DNA of 63,202 nucleotides, counting the filler, from Perkinsus chesapeaki ATCC PRA-425 (lineage: Eukaryota > Protista > Perkinsozoa), in assembly GCA_013115145.1 (NCBI GenBank). It is 13 parts of 13 records of this genome, joined end to end, with 100 filler letters (N's around TTAATTAATTAA, not from the genome) between each part and the next. Parts side by side here need not be neighbours in the genome. Positions count along the whole stretch, not along the records: positions 44,775 to 48,585 come from JAAPAO010001353.1; positions 48,686 to 52,425 come from JAAPAO010001363.1; positions 52,526 to 57,924 come from JAAPAO010001164.1; positions 58,025 to 61,633 come from JAAPAO010001379.1; 9 more parts are not named here. One strand, 5' to 3'. This document shows positions 46,480 through 59,367 of this stretch, one piece after another (the first letter of the stretch is position 1; every line of letters begins with the position of its first letter). The position numbers were made by a program, and so were the translations under genes. The notes below the pieces were generated by a model. The model did not search any database and was not told the DNA's origin. It saw only the letters and a program-made list of their open reading frames with translations.

Positions 46480-48230
46480 ACTATATAATTACTATTATGA
46501 TTATTACTTGTTTCAACTCTGTATCTATTTTATTAACTAAATCTTCCATCATTCTTAACATTGCTTCTTCAGTCTCTTCTCTAACAACAGAGCCATCAAT
46601 ATAATTATTCAAGATTACTACCTTTGTCCTTTTTCTGTATTTAATATATCCTCTAATCGTTTTATTTCATTATTAGCTTCATGTAATAATATACATTCCA
46701 TATTATCTCTTTTATTTATCTCTATTTTTAACATATCCTCCAATTTAGGCAAGTCCGTCTGAAATAATACTGATAATAATAATATAACAATTTTGTTATA
46801 TCAACATCATTACATTAATATACTTTTTTAAATCATTATATTCTTCATCATTATTATTATCACCGTTATTATTCATTTTATTAAATGTATGTCTGTAATT
46901 ATTATTATTATTAATTATATATTAATTATTATAATATTTATTACTTTATATCATTAGTAATATCTTTTAATTTATTTACTAGTCTATTTTCTGATTCTTC
47001 TCTTAATTCATTTTCTTTTTTTAATGCTTCTTGTAACCTGTCATTATTTTTATAATACTACTATTATCATCATTAATAAAGTTATTATTACCTTTTATCA
47101 ATATCTTCTAATTCATTATTTCGTTTTATAGACATATTCTAATTAATAAAGTAATATCATAATTATATAATACATTATACTACTGACTATTATTATTATT
47201 ACTACCTCTCTTTCATTCCTATTATATTCAATATCCTTTTGCAAATTTATAATCTAATATATTATGTTGTATAATATTATTATTAATAAGCATTATATAT
47301 TATTACATTGTTTTTAACTTTATTTAATATATTATTCATATTACTCTCGTGTTTAATAAATCTATTATCAATATCATTTAATTGATTGTTTAAATTTATA
47401 ATCCTATTATAATAATACCATAATAATTGTTGTTATTATTATTACTTATTAGATCTTTGTATATCAATACCTTCATGCAATCCATTTAATCTATCACTAA
47501 AATCAAAATATTAATCATTATAAATCAATCAATAATAACATAATAAAATATGATAATATTATTACCTTAATCTTTGTATTCTATCATAATAACTATTATT
47601 ATTATTATCTGTATTTTTATTGTTGTCATTAATTTGATAATATTGCTGCTGCTGCTGTCTATCATAATCATGTTCATCTTTATTATTATACATTATCGAT
47701 TTAGGAGTGATGATGCTACTGTTTGACGACATAATATTATTAAATATGTAATATAAATTATTAATACTATAACATTAACAGTAATACTATTATTATTGTT
47801 ATAACATCATCATTGTTATCATTACATGTTATTATTAATGTTTATTATCTTTTTTATTTATATCTCTACTATTATCACCATTACTTCTATGATGAATCTT
47901 TTGAAAATGCTGGAATCTATTAATGAATAATAATATTAATAATGATATTTATACTACTACTTACACATGATGTGCTAATAAGCAACCACAAAATGCCATA
48001 GCAATACCACCACCAATTAATAATAATATTCTACCTAAATCTATTCTATTCTCTTCAACTATAGAAGAGGAAGGAGGAGGAGGAACATTTGACGATATTA
48101 ATGTTGGTGGTGGTTGTGCAGCAGGAGCAGCAATAGCTGGTTGTTGTTGTGGTGCTAATACGAGTTGTGCTTGCCCTCTCTGAGGAGGAGGAGGAGCTTG
48201 TTGTTGTTGGGTTATGCTGCTTGTTGTTGC
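46480..48230 (-). CDS. Multi-exon single-pass membrane protein with Gln/Pro-rich and coiled-coil regions; boundaries approximate
   Basis: QQQAPPPPQRGQAQ...RIDLGRILLLIGGGIAMAFCGCLLAHH, followed by charged helical exons (VREETEEAMLRMMEDLVNK). Confidence 0.5.
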
Positions 48231-48863
48231 CTAAATAATTATATTAAATAATATATAAATATATTATTACATTGACAAATGATATATATTCTATTACTAT
48301 ACATATACTTACAATAATGTATTTCATCTATCTTATCGATAAAGCAGATTCAAACCACCAACTTTTTCCGCTCATATCCAGCTTGTGTAAAAACACATTA
48401 CCGCTCGCCATAATAATCGATATATGGGTGTGTGAGAAGTCAACTGGCATGCACATCTCACCTGCTCTCTCGATATTCCCTCATTACTCAGTTAGCATTG
48501 TTGCCGTGATATTCACTATGATAACTCTTGCCTTACTATGCCTAACTTGTATATTCTGCATTGGTATCTGTCCTATTGAAACGGTNNNNNNNNNNNNNNN
48601 NNNNNNNNNNNNNNNNNNNNNNNNNNNNNTTAATTAATTAANNNNNNNNNNNNNNNNNNNNNNNNNNNNNNNNNNNNNNNNNNNNGTTCTAATCTGAGAG
48701 TAATCCTAAGCTTTTCAACATATGAAACTGCCTAGCGGAGCGAAGCGATCGCTACAGACTGTCCTGAGCGGAGCGTAGCGCTTCATGAATACCATTTTTG
48801 CTAGCTGTATTTACGATGGCTTCGCATTGTCGCGATTCTCTATATAGTTTTCCCTTTCTTCAA

Positions 48864-51203
48864 ATGTCCACTGATACAGGTTATCTAGGTAATCTCACCT
48901 CAACCCAAGAGGCTGCACTGGAGCGTCTGAGGTCAGAGGTCTCTCAGATGGTACTAGATGCCGGCCATAACAAGGACGACAAAGTTACCTTATGGAAGTA
49001 AGAAGAATCTTAGCTCGAACCTGGTATTTCACAAGTCGCAAAGATTCACTATATTATTTTGTTATTCTTCAGCCAAGATCTCTGTCCCTGCCCGGACGAT
49101 CAGCTCCATAAAGATGCGCGCGACATAGTCCTTCTCAAATTCCTAAGAGCAAGAGAATTCGATGTTGATAAGGCCAGGAGGTAAGGTTGTTGGACGCAAT
49201 TTCGTGGCGCAGCGGTCATGATTCTCAGTATGATGGTAAACTGTCTGAAGTGGCGAAGAGAAGCGGATATTCAGTCAATTATCAATATGAAAGTCCCTCC
49301 GGAATTTGAGGGTGAGAAAGATTCAAAATAGGTTGATTCGCTGACGTTCCTCATAGGACACGATTCTCCCCCAGAATATAAGGATAAGGAAGGCCGGCCC
49401 ATTCTCCTGACCACATTTGGGACAATGGACCCTGCCAAAGTATTCGGCAATGTCAATGCCTTTGTGAGGTAATATAGAGATTGATTTCGTAGCTCCACCG
49501 CCTCCTTATATAAGCGTTTCGGGAATTCTCTTTGTATCTAACGAACTTGGTTTATTTAGTGGTGGTAAGTATCTTCGCATACGAACGTGCTGTAAGTTCG
49601 TTTATTGCATACCATTTAGCGTCCTTGTCATGAAATGTAGCAAGATGCGGGGTAAAACGGCCGCAGCTGCCAGATTTTATACCGGCCGAGGGTCTCGAGC
49701 AGCATAATCGTTCTGACAGTTCACTTAAGTCGATTCCAGGCTTTATTCATTCTGTATTCCGACAGGTACCGAGTTATGGTATTTGAGCGTGCAATCGCTC
49801 ATTTATCGTTTCGTCGAGGGGAGGCGGAGACTTTACTTCAAATTCACGATTATACTGGAGTGCCGATGGTCTTTCAAGAATCAAGTCTCAAGAAGGCCGT
49901 CAATGCATCGACTCATGTAATAAATCGCCAAAGGGCTTCACAACGCTCTGACAGCTTCAAAATCATTGTGCAAGCGTTTTCGTATCTGCCCTTTTCGGCA
50001 GAATGCTTTCAGTGAGAAGAATAACTTCTCTATCAGTGGATTATTTTTAGTGATCATTTAGTGAACGCTGATGTAATAAACGGTTTCAATGATTCGCCAG
50101 AGGTCTTCATTACCCTTTGACAGCTTCAAAATTATTGTGCTTGCCCGAATTATCGGCAAAATACTGACCGCCGCTGTCTCGAGTGAGAATGATAACTTTC
50201 TCATTAGTGGATTGAAATAATCCGATTATTTCTGGTGAACATTTTTGCCATTTGTCAGGTTTTTGCCGACTGTTATCCCGAGTTCAAAGGCGTTACTATA
50301 TTCGCTAACTTCCCGACGCCATTCGTTTTGCTATTCAAAGCTATGTCCGTCTTTATACCTGCAAAAACATACAAGAAGTTCCAGTTGGCCAATGCTAGTC
50401 AGACTCCTTCAAAATTATCGGAATACATCCATCCAGGAGTGTTGGATCCTAGGTGAGGGCAGAATCGATCGAGTGATCGATTTGGGGATGTCAAGCTACA
50501 GGGTTTCTCATTTGCGAGTTCCACGTCACGTAAAGTTAGAACTCAGATACGGCGGTTTGCGCACCGAAAAAAGCAAAAATCTCAAGTCGGAAGGAGACAC
50601 CAAGACTTTGTCGAACCGCGAAACCGCCGACATTCGCCCGTTGGATGGGTTGTTGATTAAGGAAGGTGATGAAATAATGTATCAAGTGAGAGCTATTTAT
50701 GGTGCAGTTTATGCAAAGGTAGGACTGGATGAGATGAATTCGAATATAGCAGGATGCGAATGCGACACTCGAAAAATATCATATTCTCGAAACTTAAGCA
50801 TTTAAAATGTGAAACATGTTAATAACTTAGGATGTCGATTTTGATCGGGAACTGGTTGGGATATAGCGCGGAGAATGAGCATCCTTGAATACGCATAGAA
50901 CGTCTTCTCGAGACAGCATATCCGTCAGGTCATCTTCCAGCCGTCTGATGGCAGCTCAGAGGTGTCCTTGTATGACAGTGGTGATAAGGAAATTCAACCA
51001 ACTGGTGAAGGAGCTGTGATTGAGGGAACATACAAGTGAGATCTACACGGAAAATATTCGGCTCGAGATGACGCGAAGATAATGGAAATCTACTTACATT
51101 GTTAATTGTCAGGTGTGAGCACCCAGGCAATTTGGTCATAAAGGTGCATAACATTGGTCGGTTCTCGTCCAAGATCGTAGCCTATCGCGCGGAGAAGATT
51201 TGA
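48864..51203 (+). CDS. SEC14/CRAL-TRIO lipid-transfer protein with a C-terminal GOLD-like domain, multi-exon
   Basis: GYLGNLTSTQEAALERLR, LLKFLRAREFDVDKA, DKEGRPI, QIHDYTG, DCYPEFKG...FANFP, YGG, then a beta-rich tail ending AYRAEKI*. Confidence 0.9.
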
Positions 51204-52549
51204 ATGCCTTTTTAAGGCGTTTCTAGCAGTTAGCTGTCATGGCGGAGAGTATTAGTCACGATTTCTGTAAAAATACATCTACCGTTGTTTCGACTGGCGT
51301 TGTCAGTTTTGCCACTTTGTGTTGTGGTTAGGCTGTTTGTCCAGTAATAAGCAGGATATTGCGTTTAGTGTTACATTCACTTCTAATCATTGCAGGCGAA
51401 ATGAAATGTCAACTGTACTGCAAGTCTTGTAGGTAAAGACGGGCACTGCCATTGTGAAATATGGATTATTGACTAGGAGCTCAGACTGATCTGGTCAATG
51501 ACTCTGTAAAGTGATGACAGTGTCATCGCAATCTTGAGAGAATAAAACCAGACTGAAGTGACAACGGTACCAACCCTCTTAATTGTCGCGAACCGATATC
51601 TCAATTTACATATGAGCTAGATAGTCAGCCAGCACCTCACTGTCACAGCTTGCTATGTGTCGCGCCTCGGTAAAGGGCCGCCGGACGTGTGGGCCTGTCA
51701 CCGACCGCGTGTCCAAGTTGGGTTGAGAATCTGCTAAGGGTACGAATCAGTATGTTGACTGTATGCTTATGATAGATGTGTATAGCGGGGCCGGAGGGAA
51801 TCTAGAGCTCTACGAACTTTCCGTGAATCCAGAATATAACTCGTAGATCAACCTAAGCAACGAGTGTTCGGCTGCCTACCGTTGGCAAGCACTCCTGTCA
51901 GCGTGTCGTCGTTACCTGCTAACATTGAATGTTGGCAAAACTGCTAGACTTTCATCACAGCCTGAGGCTGTACGTTACAGCTCATTTCCGCAAGGCATGG
52001 CTTGTTTGGATTATTCGACGAAATGATGACATATTATGTCATCATTAAGAAACGCGCACGCTTGTGACAGGTGATTCTAGCGCGCGCCCGCGTAAATCGA
52101 TCACCAGTTCGATTTGGGTCGTGACATTACTCGTACATGTCTTAAAACTCAACGCGAAGCTCGTGTTAAAGTTTCGTTGGAATATCCGCGGTAACGGATG
52201 AGAATGAGATAAGTGGATCAAAACGGCTGAAATATGACAATCACAAAGCGACTGAGATTACGAATAAAGCTGATTGGGTACTTTTTCACTGAAGGAGGTT
52301 GAACCTTTTATTATCGAAAATCTTAAGCAAACCAGTGTGCTTGTAGAAGACGGCCCAAATACCATACGCGACAACGAGGTCAAGCTTATAGCTGAGGAGA
52401 TTCCTATCCACTGTTTCGGCTAACANNNNNNNNNNNNNNNNNNNNNNNNNNNNNNNNNNNNNNNNNNNNTTAATTAATTAANNNNNNNNNNNNNNNNNNN
52501 NNNNNNNNNNNNNNNNNNNNNNNNNCACACGACTCACACTGTGAGTCCA

Positions 52550-53300
52550 ATCTACTGCGGTTTATGAAAACAGAGCCGGAACACTTGGCCTCAACGCAGG
52601 TTGGTGCATTCAACTCGGATTCAAGCATGAATGATTCGAGTAAAATGTGTGGTATAATGAAGAGGCAGCGTCAGACCCTCAGCCATGCTTGCGGTAACAC
52701 CATTTGCCGCTTCTCATAACGAGTGCTCACCCCAAAGGGATGGGACGCTCCCTGCCTTAATGCTCCGTCACATCGAGTCGTTCGTTCCCTGATGAAGCCC
52801 CGCGACTATTCTGTTGAGGTTAGACTGTGGGCTCGTAACGATTTTCGTGTTCGAGCCATCGTGATCTCATAAGGAAGACGTTATGCTCCAACGTGGAACA
52901 TGGCAGAGCTGTGACGTTGCAAAACACGTGACGAGCTATGACGAAACAAACCCTCCAACGTTGAAAGTTTCAACTTGAAACTACTTCTGTATTACAGAAT
53001 CTGTAAGAGTCAACTCGTCAAGCGAATAACAGCTCCGTAACGTTAAAACAAGACCCCGAATCTGTGACAGATTATCTGTCGAACTGGAGACACGACATAC
53101 CTTCACCAAAATCCGAAAGCAAGAGACCCTTTAAACATGTTTAAGCAGTGGTGGGGAAATCTTCATCCAATAGTCCTCAAGGAAGTCTATGGCTCTCAAG
53201 GAGGAAGTACCCAACTCGGCCTACAGTAGGCGGCCTACTACACTTCTCACACTTCTGTCAGTCACCTACGAAGACATGACAGGCACCATTTTTCCCATTA
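52550..53300 (+). pseudogene. Possible decayed retroelement integrase region
   Basis: Broken frames with AVTPFAASHN and MFKQWW...LKEV fragments loosely resembling an LTR integrase C-terminus; multiple stops. Confidence 0.25.
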
Positions 53301-54573
53301 AACGAGAATGAATTAATGGAAAGGCCTCAACCGCTTTTCCAAGGGAAGTAAGGCTTCCCTTGGAAGTAAGTTCTGTGTTCGAGTATCAGCATCGCTTCGC
53401 ATCAAGAGTGTTCAAAATACAAGGAGCACCTCGCTCGGGTTTTTTCTTGAACAGCATCCACAAGAGCCCCCTATAGCAGATTATAGATGGCTCTAGTAGA
53501 AGGCTCACATGTAGAAGAAACTTGTGACTCTTCACCTTACAAAGAACCAACGCGAACTTGGGGAAATGCACCGAGCTCACAAAAGTCCTGCATTCACTCG
53601 ACACGAGTCCCATGTTCACCATTTCTGACATCTGGCAGATATTCTGTACAAGCGCGCAAAGCCCCCTGATGTGCATCATGGACCCTCGGGTTGACGACGC
53701 CCTTCAGCTTTTTCTCTCCTTCTGTCAGAGCTCCAACCAGTATATCCAGAAGCTTAAATAGCCTAAAGTATGTCCCATAAGATTCCTCATCGATAATAAT
53801 TATCTCTTATGGGAATTATTCCCATAAGAAGAAACGAAGGTGCGGCTGTACTCATGACATACTGGGTTGTACCTGATCTATTGAATTTTACGTCTATTAT
53901 GACATTTGCATGATGACAAACAAACCTACCACACTCTAGATGTCCCTATCCACAGAACTTTCAAATCTCTCTGGATGATTTTGTTTTGAGCATCCATGCA
54001 TAGTGGAAAACCGCTCGGCATAGAACGAATATGCCAATACAAGAATGCCAGGCTGGCATTGCCAGTATACGAGAGCGAGAAGAGGTGTAGCTGCCATACA
54101 AATCGCATAGTCGTCCCTCTACGGCGATCTGCTATCTTAGTCATTTTGAGGCTGAAAATATTACTAGTTAACACGAGACTTACAAAAGGCAGCATTTACT
54201 CGTGGTTAGAAACGTTGTTTGAATATGCTGTAATGCTGCATTACTAATGCATTAAATGCCCTTGGTTAGCTTCCGTTTAACTATTAGTTATACATGGCTC
54301 ATATGAAAGTGTCCTAATGAAAATCGTATTATGAGTCCTTGTTGGCGTCTCGTATCCATGGAGAGTTACTACCTCGACAAGTCGGCGGATTGGTCAGATA
54401 ATCAAAAGGGGCCACTAACTGATTGGGGTCACTAACTGATTGCGCCCTTAAGGCTAATATAGCTAATCTATGTCTGCGCGGTCACGACGATCGCGCGCCA
54501 TCTCTCTACAGTCCTGTAACGAACTCACACATGCCGTAACGGGATCCCTCGGGGATCATCCCCGTTAGACGGC

Positions 54574-54678
54574 AATGAACTCATGGCTCACACATTCCGT
54601 TAGGAGACAATGAACTCATGGCTCAGACATCCCCTTAGGAAATAACGAACTCATGGCTCACACATCCCCTTAGGTAAA
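54574..54678. repeat. 35-bp tandem repeat, 3 copies
   Basis: AAYGAACTCATGGCTCASACATYCCSTTAGG.... at 54574, 54609 and 54644, with a degenerate copy upstream. Confidence 0.9.
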
Positions 54679-54837
54679 ACGCGTGGCTGTGCTCAATCAG
54701 TCCAGTAAATGTAACTAACCATTCCAAACAGGGTGTTTAAGAACTGGTAGTTGACTCCAATGGGAACCCGGACGTCGATTGAGTTTCCACTCCTGTGGTT
54801 GAACTCTTAGCTGATAGCACGTGCCAGTCGGCTATTA

Positions 54838-55245
54838 TTAAATTACGGATAGAGGCAGCGGCTCGGAGTCACCATCTTTGATAGACTTGCAAAGGGCATT
54901 CGAAAAGGCCTTGAGGAAGTCTCTAGCATTATTAGAAAAAGATACACGTGGATGAGTGGTTCCGATGCTCTTCACCTCATCTTCATCGTCATCGTCGTCA
55001 CCATTCTCCTTTTTATCATCAAGCTTCTTTTGGTTAAGATCGACCAACCTGGTCACATTATCCTCATCAATACCAAGCTTCTTCAACTCCAGCTCTAATA
55101 AAGAACCAGAGATCGATGGTTTGGAACTGGGCGCACCACCGTCGATGGGTGGGGTAGAAACAGCCTCCTTAAGGCCCTTATCACCAGAATTAACAGGCTT
55201 TTTAAGGCCCTGCAGTTTCCTTTTATAGTTCGAGGCGTTAGTCAT
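54838..55245 (-). CDS. Hypothetical Lys/Asp-rich protein
   Basis: 135-codon ATG-started intronless ORF. No domain recognised. Confidence 0.4.
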   Translation of the reverse strand: MTNASNYKRKLQGLKKPVNSGDKGLKEAVSTPPIDGGAPSSKPSISGSLLELELKKLGIDEDNVTRLVDLNQKKLDDKKENGDDDDDEDEVKSIGTTHPRVSFSNNARDFLKAFSNALCKSIKDGDSEPLPLSVI

Positions 55246-56457
55246 TTACAAGGGTCCGAACAGCCTAGGTGAACGGATAGGAACAACACTTATGGTTATC
55301 CCACCAGCTGAATCATAGGCACAGCTGCTATCAAAAATCCCGTCCCCGCTACATAGGAGGGGGAAACGTTTTGAACGGGTAACACAACAATCCAACAGAC
55401 ACGGGTAATCATATGTAAACTGAATAACGTCATCAAGCTATCATCACCATCATCGGAAGATTATCATACCATAGACAATCTCGAAGCAATCTCCTTCACT
55501 TGGCACGGCCAAGTTGGCAGGCATTGATAAGGTAAACTAAAATGATAGAACAAAAGAAGGGATAGAGGAACACCAGTCAGTTCATGTGTTTTTCTATCAG
55601 AGCGTTTCTTTGGCGGTTTCGTTCGCACGCTACAAAAGATTTGCCATCGAGTTTAGTCGTTGGAAATCCGTAAAATCGGGCTGGGAGAACCTCCCAGGGT
55701 GCTTATCTTTTACATATGTCACACTGAGGCAGCCACAGCAGCTTAACGATTTTCAACTTCATTTCATTATCGCAATTCGTAAGGACAAGCCTAATTGGGG
55801 TGCCAGAACCATCCGTTATGAATTTCTGCGCTATTTGATGATGTTACTGAGAAGCAAATCAAGGGGGTGCTCTCCAACTCGATACCGTCGCCGACTTGAA
55901 GCAAGTTCTCGCCGCGGCGTGAGATGCGATACCTTTCGTGACAATAAAGAATGCTCGCGAAGGATGGAGGAGAAGACTCAAACTCGTCCAGAAAGCGAAT
56001 GGAGGCCACTTTGAGCACCTTCTCTAGGTCTGCCAGCGGTTTCCGTGCAATTTCGTGGCGTTTCGTTCAATAGCACGAGTCGCACACCGTGGCAATGGCT
56101 TTGAATGACATCCTAGTATATAGAAGAAAATGAGAGCTTCGAATGGTATGAGTCTCGGGTTCCAACTCGTTCGCAATAAAAAGTTACAGGGGGTGAGCCT
56201 TAGCTTATTGAACACCCTGTTTATCTTAATAAGATAATTTTAATAAGATTATCTTATAGAGTTGCGAATTGTAACGCCATCTACACGGTCCAGATTCTAC
56301 ATGCCAATAGCCATTAGTGACTTAGCGTNNNNNNNNNNNNNNNNNNNNNNNNNNNNNNNNNNNNNNNNNNNNNNNNNNNNNNNNNNNNNNNNNNNNNNNN
56401 NNNNNNNNNNNNNNNNNNNNNNNGCGTAGATTACAGGTGATTGAACTGACCCACGCG

Positions 56458-56502
56458 CGCAACAAAGACTTTGACAAAGTCTTTGTCAAAGTCTTTGTTG
56501 CG
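56458..56502. repeat. Perfect 45-bp palindrome (22-bp arms, 1-nt centre)
   Basis: CGCAACAAAGACTTTGACAAAG-T-CTTTGTCAAAGTCTTTGTTGCG. Confidence 0.97.
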
Positions 56503-58024
56503 ATGTAACAATCGCATGTCAACATCGATGTTAACATTGTAACAATGTTACAAAGTGACTCACAAGGAATCTTTGTCAAAGATTGCGTCACCGTCATTTC
56601 TATCCAGTCGAAAATGACATTTAAATACACTGTGTACTATATACGTACTTCGTATTACGTAGCATAGAACGTAATGTTGATTCAACGACAGCTTCAGGAC
56701 CTCCAATATATCTACGGCTAAACGAATGCAGACGTCCGAGGCTCGGAGTCCTGTTATGGTCTCCAGTGGCCATGTAGTCCTGTATATGTATAGTACCATG
56801 TAGGTTCCTGCCTAGTTCTCGTTGAGCGCACGTAGCAAGCTACCGTACCATTACGGGACTCCCATATACAAAGTGGTCGTAGCTGTTTATTGAAGAACTC
56901 CTTTTCTAAGGAGAAATGCCCCTCATCTTGAATTCAATTCCTAGCTAAGTGGCCTTGCGACGAACCCATTGCCTTTTTGGATTCGCCATTGAGAAGAACA
57001 TTCGTGAATGATTATCGTACATAGCCATGAACCGTTCAGATTCATCATGATTCATGAACGATTCATCCACTGAGCCGAGGACTATACATCACGCATAATA
57101 CAGTGTTATCTGAGCATAGTAAACTATGAACTTCGAACCGTTTCTTGGCGAACGGGGAGTTCCCACTCAGCAACATGAGCCAAATCCCAAAAAAATGCCA
57201 TCTGAGTAAAGTAGACTGAGCCAACCCTGAATCGATTGCTAAGCTTTCTCTTTCTTCGCTTATAATTTGCCCTTCACTCGCTCACCTGCTTGTTTTGAAC
57301 GCTTCTTAATATAGAGCTCATCCTCCAACCGTGACTGCCATAGGAGTCTGGCAGTCATGGCTGGCAGGGGCAAGGGCTTGCGAGGACAGTCTACCAAGAA
57401 TGACTCATCAATGATGACTCATCATCGAACCGTTACTGCTGATCTGCGGCAGGGTGTATTTCGTCACCTCCCGACCCAGCAATATTGAGCTGGGCCACGA
57501 GATAGTCTAGAAGCGGCCCCCTCCCAATCTTGCGTGCGCGGGTTAGACTTGATAACTCAACAGACGTCTGTCAGACACAGCACACTAGAAGATATCATAG
57601 AACATCTCCAACGCCTTTATTCTCAACGTGCGGGAAGACCACCACACCGCAAACAGTGTTGATGCTCTTACTTGTACTGGTCTCTTGTGGAACCTGTCAC
57701 ACCCATACGGCCGCCAACTACGCTGTACTCCTACCAGGGCGGCGTTCCTTAATGACGCAGAAGCACTCGAGTCTCTTCCTTGGGGCATACACGAACTGTG
57801 GTAAATTACGCGTTGGAAGGTTGTCTCGCCGAGCCTCGAGCTCTTAGTCGCTTCACTTCGTTGCTCTCTACGAACTTCCTCTATGGACACATTGGCCGTG
57901 CCTAAGGAACTGTCTCATGGGCACNNNNNNNNNNNNNNNNNNNNNNNNNNNNNNNNNNNNNNNNNNNNTTAATTAATTAANNNNNNNNNNNNNNNNNNNN
58001 NNNNNNNNNNNNNNNNNNNNNNNN

Positions 58025-59367
58025 GTCTGGATGATAGTATCGGTTGTCTCAAAATAACTACTAGTAGGTGATGGACAGATGCATCTCTTAGAAGTACTAG
58101 CTGTTGGAGTACTTGCAGGTGTTGATTCAATAGTAGTTGACGTTGCGCTGACTGAGCTAACCGTTGTTGTCTGCTCAGTTCTCGTTGTAGCTAATGAAGT
58201 GGCCGAGGAGCTTGCCGTAGATGAAGTAATAATAAGAGTTGTAATTGTGGTTGTGCCAGAAGGGGTTGTACCGGTTGTCGTACTAGTCGAAGCTGTAATA
58301 GTTGTCGCAGTCGTACGGCTGGCTTCAGTAGGAGTATTCCCGTTTGTACTAGCGCCAGCTGGAGTCGTTGTGGTGGTTGTGGAGCTTGCCTCAGTCGCAG
58401 GTGCTGTCACTGGGTGTCTTTCCTTCAGCCACTCATATGTGCTCTCCACAACGGGTTTAATAATGATGGTGTCGGGAGGGCATGCTCTGAGGGTAAGCAA
58501 CAGATAAAAACAGAATACAGCGGCGTTATGGGTTTACCTCATATGTAAAGATGTATCATGTGGTGAGGTTCTATAGTAACCTTTCATACACCAACATGTT
58601 TGATAATCAGCATACCAATTATAAGTACACCACTCAGGAGGGCTCTCATTGGGGTACCCTAAATGACAAAAAGCTGTCTGATATGCCGTCGATGCGACAA
58701 TTCTGACTTACACTTTGGAGCATAATTCTCAAGAGATTGATCGGAACAATTGCTGGCTAGGTCTATACCATGTGGAGGAAGGAGCACGTATCTCGGGACT
58801 TTCTCGTAACAACTGAGGAAGTGACCAAGGGTGCCGAAGAATAATAATAGACTTACAGCCAATCTCTATCCTTCTTGCCGTGGTCATTGCCATCATCGTT
58901 CGGATCGAGAATGCATCCTGAGATGGCACGACATCTTGCGGTGGTCCACCAAGTGGTGATGAATTACTATATACACTGGGGGACCTCTTGAAGGGTTCCT
59001 TGTCATGCTCATTTTCATGTAGACGGACACAGAACCTGAGGAAGATAAATCTACGAGCAAGAAAATTCAGAGCCATCTGCTGTGGTTACTCTATTATTTC
59101 CTTTTCTTGTGCTCCATACGTAACAGCGTTTCTCCACTTATTGCTACACTTGAACTGCCCGGGCTTCTCATAGCGGCCTTTGCCGTTGGCGTAGATCTCC
59201 CAATAAAATCCGTGGACTTCTTTCTTGATTTTTGATTGCCCTGAAGAAAAACTCAAGTAAAAGGCGAAAGTAGTGGGCTTACATGCATTCTTGTTGTCTT
59301 TTGGTAGAACTGTGCGGCCTGACACTAGAGTTGGTGTTGCGAGAGTGAACAATGTCACGAGCTTCAT
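58025..59367 (-). CDS. Secreted mucin-like (Thr/Ser-rich) protein, copy A; multi-exon, 3'-truncated
   Basis: Signal MKLVTLFTLA, intron after KNA, WEIYANGKG...FKCS.KW.NAVTYGA, Cys-containing exons, Thr-rich tract, KRCICPSPTSSYFETT. Confidence 0.8.

Noticed and set aside
46480-48230. PEX14 assignment for the Pro-rich/TM/coiled-coil gene
   Set aside because: The architecture is compatible, but the conserved Pex14 N-terminal motif was not found.
44775-48585. Ciliate-type genetic code in the AT-rich contig
   Set aside because: Syntaxin exons translate cleanly in the standard code once introns are removed, and end at TAA.
54574-54678. CRISPR array
   Set aside because: Units are directly adjacent with no unique spacers, there are no cas genes, and the context is eukaryotic.
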